Source of the DNA: Chrysomallon squamiferum
Taxonomy: Eukaryota > Animalia > Mollusca
NCBI GenBank assembly: GCA_012295275.1
Contig: CM022668.1
Span: forward strand, 14,818,001-14,882,000
Direction: 5' to 3'
DNA: 64,000 nucleotides
Shown: positions 57,688-64,000 of the stretch, one piece after another
Position numbering within the stretch: the first letter of the stretch is position 1
Layout: every line of letters starts with the position of its first letter
The notes under the pieces: generated by a model
What the model was told of the DNA's origin: nothing
Seen by the model: the letters and a program-made list of their open reading frames with translations, nothing else
Databases searched by the model: none
Position numbers and translations under genes: made by a program

Positions 57688-58303
57688 GTTATTATTGATT
57701 TACTTTTCTTCATCAATCTTTTATAAATATATTTCGCTTTCTTCATTATTAAATCGACTAAACTATGCAAAAATTGAAAACTAAAAAGGTTTCTCTTAAT
57801 TCTACATCATACTTCAGATATCTGTATTCAGGTTTTTGTGGGTGTATTTTTTTTTTTATGCATCTGTTAATTTAATATGTAATTCCGCTTTGAAATTAAC
57901 ATTTTCTTTTTCAGTTTAAACTTTTTCTGATTGCACGGTAAAAGAATTCATTCATTTTGTATTTTAAAATGTTTTTTTTTTTTTTTTTTACCTCTTAGTG
58001 CTTTTCAACACCGAAGACCGTCTTTCAGAATATTTTATTAGTTTTTGGTTTTTATATATATATATGTATTATCGGTTTTCAGTGCCTTGTTAACTATTTT
58101 TAAATGTGAGATTGTAATATAGGTTTTTTTATATAAAGAATCGTTTTTAATTAAAATTTTATTTTGATAAACAGCATGGTTAATTATATATATATATAAA
58201 TATATGGCATTAATTTTTTTCAAATTTCAATACATTCCATGTGTAAAATATTATATTTATAATCGTTTTTATATATGAAGACTTTATGAAATTATTATTA
58301 TTA

Positions 58304-58352
<49 letters not shown>

Positions 58353-59325
58353 TATATTATTATTTATGTTTTTTATTTATTTATTTATTATTATTATTGT
58401 TATTTTATTATTCTTATTCTTATTCTTATTCTTCTTCTTATTATTATTATATTTATTATTATCATCATCATTATTATTATTATTTTATCAAACTGTGATT
58501 TAAAATTAAAATAAAGTTTACTTTAATACAATCAGTGCTTGACAATATGTATTTTTTTTAAAAGAAACTGCTGAATATACATGTATAAATCTATTTGAAA
58601 TATTCGGTAAGTTATGATTTAATTACTTTTGTTTTATAGTGGATGTTTCATTGGAGATGTTCATTCTTTTTCACTGAAACAACCACAGAATATAACATTT
58701 CAAAGATATAAATAGAAAAATATGCCTTACACAAAGCTTACACGCACGCACGCACATACACAGACTAATACACACATATATACACACTATCAAACACGCA
58801 CGCGCACACACATACACTGATAGACATATATATGCACATATGCAAACATTTATTTACATAGAGAAATACAGTTTAAAGCAAACAAAAAATCTGAAAATAA
58901 ATTACATTCACGCATATGTTGAAAGAGATATATGTACGTACCATACTACATATGTAAACTCAGATGTATACACACATAACTTACATACTTACCTACATAC
59001 AGTAATAATAGTTATAATAATAATTGTAATAATATTGATCATGATAATAATAATAATAGTAATAATAATAATAATGATAATAAAAATAATAACATAAATA
59101 CATACATACATACATACATACATACATACATACATACAGACATATATACACACATATATACACATACGCAGACAGAAAAAACATGATCGACATCGACACG
59201 AAAACACTCCTTGTAATTTTCTTAATATATTTTGTACAAAATTGTGTTCATTATTACAGTTCAGCTATACAGCACTGTACAGACAACTGTACAGACAACT
59301 GAACGGACTGTTTTACTTACTTGCT

Positions 59326-59331
59326 AATAAA
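59326..59331 (+). terminator. Candidate Wnt1 polyadenylation signal
   Basis: AATAAA with upstream TGTA elements (about 59233, 59276, 59288) and a downstream GT/T-rich tract (59359-59377). Alternatives are ATTAAA at 57306 and AATAAA at 58510. The AT-rich background makes the call uncertain. Confidence 0.4.
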
Positions 59332-60759
59332 ATGTTCACCATTATCTTTTATAAACAATGTTTTTGTTATTTTTGTACATTAAAATATTACTTATATTGA
59401 AGCAGATTAATTGTAAATATGTTAGTTGTTTCGTTGTTTTATATCTGTCTGTCTATCTGTCTCTCTGTCTGTCTGTCTGTCTATAATTTCGGTTGGAATT
59501 AGATTTTACCATTCTAGCTGTCTGTATTATATGAAATGCTGACTTTCTGTGTTAAGTTTGTACACACTGTGTGTATGTTGTGTGTGGTGTGGTGTGGTGT
59601 GTGTGTGTGTGTGTGTCTACTAGAATAAATGTTATAATGATAAATATAGACATATTCAGTATTTAATAACGTAATGACACAGACAAAAGCTTTCATCTCA
59701 AATCTTGCTCATGTTGACGAAACCCTATCATGTATTTTCTAATAGGCCGTGGTCTAATATGTGTCTATATGTCTGTCTATAAACACACACATATGTGCAT
59801 GTACATGTCTGTATATATATCTGTGTGTCTGTGTGCTGCATACCCGAGACGGCACACACACACATACATACACAAAAACACACACAAACACACACACACA
59901 GACACACACACAAAACACACAAAATGTTCAAGATCTTTTGCAGTTAGTCACAATGGAGTTTACGTCCTTATTTTATTTTTATCGACATCAGTGACAGAAC
60001 GACAACAGAAAGAAAATTACGACATGAAGCATATCACAGCTGCCAAAAAAAAAAAGAATGAAAAAATAAATTAAAAACAATAAAAATAAAATTAAAGTAA
60101 AATAAAATGCAGATCAAATGATTTATAAAACGCATATTAAATAAAACAAAAATAAGCTGTCTGAATTAAATTACCAACCATCGCTCCCCCTTCATCACCG
60201 TGTCAAACATTCCCCCCCCTCCCGTACGCGTCCTCCAGTCGTGGTAACGTCTGTTTGACAGACATGTTTGCGTGTTCGTTTTTCGAAGTTTACTCTAATA
60301 TTCAGTCGCGGATTCAGATGTACAGTCAACAGAAAGAACAGAGACCTACGTCTGTTTACGCATGTTCGTTATTGCCCCTTCAGCACACAGATAAACTAAA
60401 CACAAACATAAACAAGAACATCAATTTTGTTTGTCGTCTGGAAGTCGGCTGACAGCGTAATCCGATGTTTGGAGCGCGAGGTCTGCTGCCCGGGATTGTT
60501 AATTTCACTTTCTTTCCGAGCCCAGACGCAGACGACACAACTACACTCGGAGGTTTCACCCCCACATCCCCCCGTACATACACCGAGCCGATCGCTGAAA
60601 TCTCAGTTAACGAATGTCTACGATTAAACCCGAAACGTTTCATTCAAGTGTGTGACGTTGTTTTTTCACTTTTGACTCGGTCCTGTAAAGAGCAGCATCT
60701 TCGTTTAATTGTATTTGTTTATAGTTTTTCGTTTCTTTCGTTTTTCTGTATTTTGTTCA

Positions 60760-60854
<95 letters not shown>

Positions 60855-61043
60855 ATCAGGCTGTTATCTGTGTTTTTATGTATTTATAATTCTGCTAATC
60901 CGTTTCCCTCCCTTAAAATCATATTGGCACACACACACATAGACACACACACACTCACAGACAGACACATACAGACACACACACACAGACACACACACAC
61001 GCACATACACACACACACAGACACTCACACACACAGACACACA

Positions 61044-61093
<50 letters not shown>

Positions 61094-61825
61094 CACTCAC
61101 ACACTCACATTATATCTACACATTTTTGATCACTAACATAAAAAAAAAAAAAACAGAACTATAATTAATTATAATACTTTAGCTCACATACTGCACCTTA
61201 GCATCGCGATAGGAAAAAAAAATACGCCCTATAATTTACCTCTGCGATTTCTAGTTCAAGTTTACTCTGACTTACAATCATACCTATTTCTGTCCTTGCT
61301 TCAAATACTGAGTGCACGCTATATGTCTGGGTTATTTCCAGCTAAAATCCAGTGTTTGGCAATATAACACGTTGAAAAAAATTAATGGAGAAAAAATATG
61401 TCTTTGATGAAAGGGTCAACAGATATCCAAGGATAAGTAACGTATGTTTTCTTATCATATAACCCAAAACCTAAGTATCCGTTTATGTGCTTACAAACAC
61501 GTACGCACAGTTTTATCAATGAGCTTAGGGCCAGTAAAAATAATAAAAAAATGATAATGATAATGAAATACTTGTCGCTGATGACGTCAGAATTGTCACC
61601 AAGTATTACAAAGGAACAGTATGCATGTATACGTATTATTTCGTGTAAAAATGTCAGTTTCTTAAAACCACAAAGTTCGAGTTGTGTCCCTTAGCTCATA
61701 TTGCAGTTATGTAAAATTTAATTTGTAATAGTTTTCCTTTTAATATACTATTCAACAAACATACCAGAATGTGGTTAAATGTCTTAAAAAGGAATAAGAG
61801 AAAACAAAAAACAAAATCATAACTC

Positions 61826-61944
<119 letters not shown>

Positions 61945-62735
61945 CAAGAAATAAATGAATCTGTAATCTTGTCGGCAATAGACGTTACTATCTGTCAATC
62001 ATATTCCCTGAAAAAAGAAACCTACTGAACCATTCTTTTCAATCGATCAGCATCAAAAATTATTTTCCTATGCATTTTCCCACAGAGATGAAAAAATAGA
62101 CCAAAGGGTCCGAAAAAGCAGTAATGAGGAACTAGGTGGAACGGTAAATAAGACCATATGAAACAAAAACAAAGAAGATCAACCCTAAAATCTATAATTC
62201 TTGAAAGTATAGGAACTTTTACAACGGTAATAAAACTCACTCAATTTATAGTAATCATAGTTATTATTAATATAATACATAAAAGTCTTCCAAAGGAAAA
62301 AAAAAAATATAGTTTAACAGACACAACAAACAACAACAACAACAAAGAAAATAAACAACACAACATCGTAAATAATTGAATCAGACTTTACATTTAATTT
62401 TATTATCATCAGTGTGTACATGTAACATAAGAATGACATTTACTTCTGTTTTTTTTTTTTAATATCAGGTTTTGTTTTTGAAAACAAAGAAAAATAACAC
62501 GGAAAGCAGAAACTAACTGAGGTATGTATATACATGCATATTACGTAAGCGCTGGACATTGCCTACTGTTTCCATAGTAACATAGGTTTGTATTGGTTTC
62601 TGTTAAAAATTACTGTTACCGTATTAACTGCAAAGACAGCTGGAGTAGCATGTTTTAACGTGTTTTTGATATATTTAAAAATTAAAGGTGCATCATTGGT
62701 TTATGTCCTTCAACTGTAATAATAATAATAATAAC

Positions 62736-62832
<97 letters not shown>

Positions 62833-63499
62833 GCAATTATTTTGCCTTACGCTAAGAAGAGGCAAATACAGAATGATAATAAAGTCCAGATAATTAGTAA
62901 TATCCCTAAAACAATTCATAAACCAGAACTCACTTAGAAAACGTGCATAAAATTTCTAATGAGGATGATGACGTAATGTCATTATCGCATTATTACGTCA
63001 TAAATTATTTTTTAAAGGGAGATGTAAAAAAAAAAGTAAAAAAAAAAAAAAATAAGAATAATAATAATAAATAAATAAATGAAATAAAAAACAAAAAAAA
63101 AAAACCAACAAAAAAAAAAATCTATATATATATATACATATAAAAACAAATTGGATTGAAAATTAAATTGGATTAAATTATTATTATTATTATTATTATT
63201 ATTACTGGCGGTAACTGTTATTTAAAAAAATTATTATTGTGTAGAATTACATAAAAGGAATTAATACGCTTTGTATGTTTCTTTGTGTGTTTATGTGTAT
63301 GTATTTATGTATTAACTATTACAATATATATATATATATATATAGGACACAATGTATTCGTTAAAAAAAGCAATATTTGTCATATTATATTTATTGTTAC
63401 AAAATTACAAACAAGATTTATGCAGCGCCTTTAAAAAGGCTTCTGATGTAATTAAATTCTTTAATACGCATTCTAGAACATATTTAGTAAGCTTGACAT

Positions 63500-64000
63500 G
63501 GCATCTTAATTATAGCTTTTATGCCTAATTATTCATAATTATAAATACGTTTAATGATTATATGATAAAACATAGCTTTTACATTTAATAATCCGTAATT
63601 ATAACTGTGCTTGAAATAATGCTTTAAAATCTAAAGTATATATTTCATAGGATGTAAACCATAGTTATAATTAAGTGTTAAAAAGCCCTTCAAGACTAAG
63701 ATACAGTTTATATATGTAATAGCCAATAATTAGAAATAAAACTTTAAACACATCTTAAAAGCTAAAATATAGCTTTTAAAGGTAATGATTTATAATTAGA
63801 AATAAAATTGGAACATCGCCGCAAAAAGCTAAAGTATAGCTTTTATACATAATACCTTACATTTACTATTAAGCTTTACAGAACGCATTAAAATTCTAAA
63901 ATAAAGCTTTATGCCTAATGATCCATAATTACTGTTGTCTTATTTAAACAATTATTTAAAAGCTAAAACATAGATTTTATGCGTAGCTTCACGATTGTTA
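63500..64000. repeat. Degenerate AT-rich tandem repeat with short palindromes
   Basis: Recurrent TATAGCTTTTATGCCTAAT / AAAAGCTAAA-TATAGCTTTT at about 63511, 63571, 63757, 63824, 63904 and 63958. Confidence 0.7.

Noticed and set aside
60465-61136. 223-aa ORF considered as Wnt6 exon 1 or a new gene
   Set aside because: No signal peptide or Wnt motif, and the C-terminal half is (CT)n/(CA)n repeat.

Overview
AT-rich, microsatellite-dense eukaryotic (animal) genomic DNA. Its composition suggests a mollusc, possibly an octopod cephalopod, but that is inference only. The window holds the head-to-head core of the ancestral Wnt cluster. On the + strand is a complete five-exon Wnt1/wingless gene (31792-31898, 37121-37380, 45991-46259, 51112-51262, 55891-56228; 1125 nt, 374 aa; all introns GT-AG with matching phases). 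On the - strand are the first two coding exons of a Wnt9 gene (9766-9845, 4850-5121), whose remainder lies left of the window. The two start codons are about 21.9 kb apart. Almost all other listed ORFs are translations of simple repeats. Non-coding features include several minisatellites, an inverted pair of tRNA-like SINE copies, local duplications and CpG-enriched islands that look like enhancers. I cannot support a wholly new biological system from sequence alone. The best leads are regulatory: uORFs overlapping both Wnt start codons, a Wnt1 splice acceptor built from a minisatellite unit, a duplicated donor that would add a stop codon, consensus Gli and TCF sites, and repeated miR-124 seeds plus a CRE cluster in the Wnt1 3' region.
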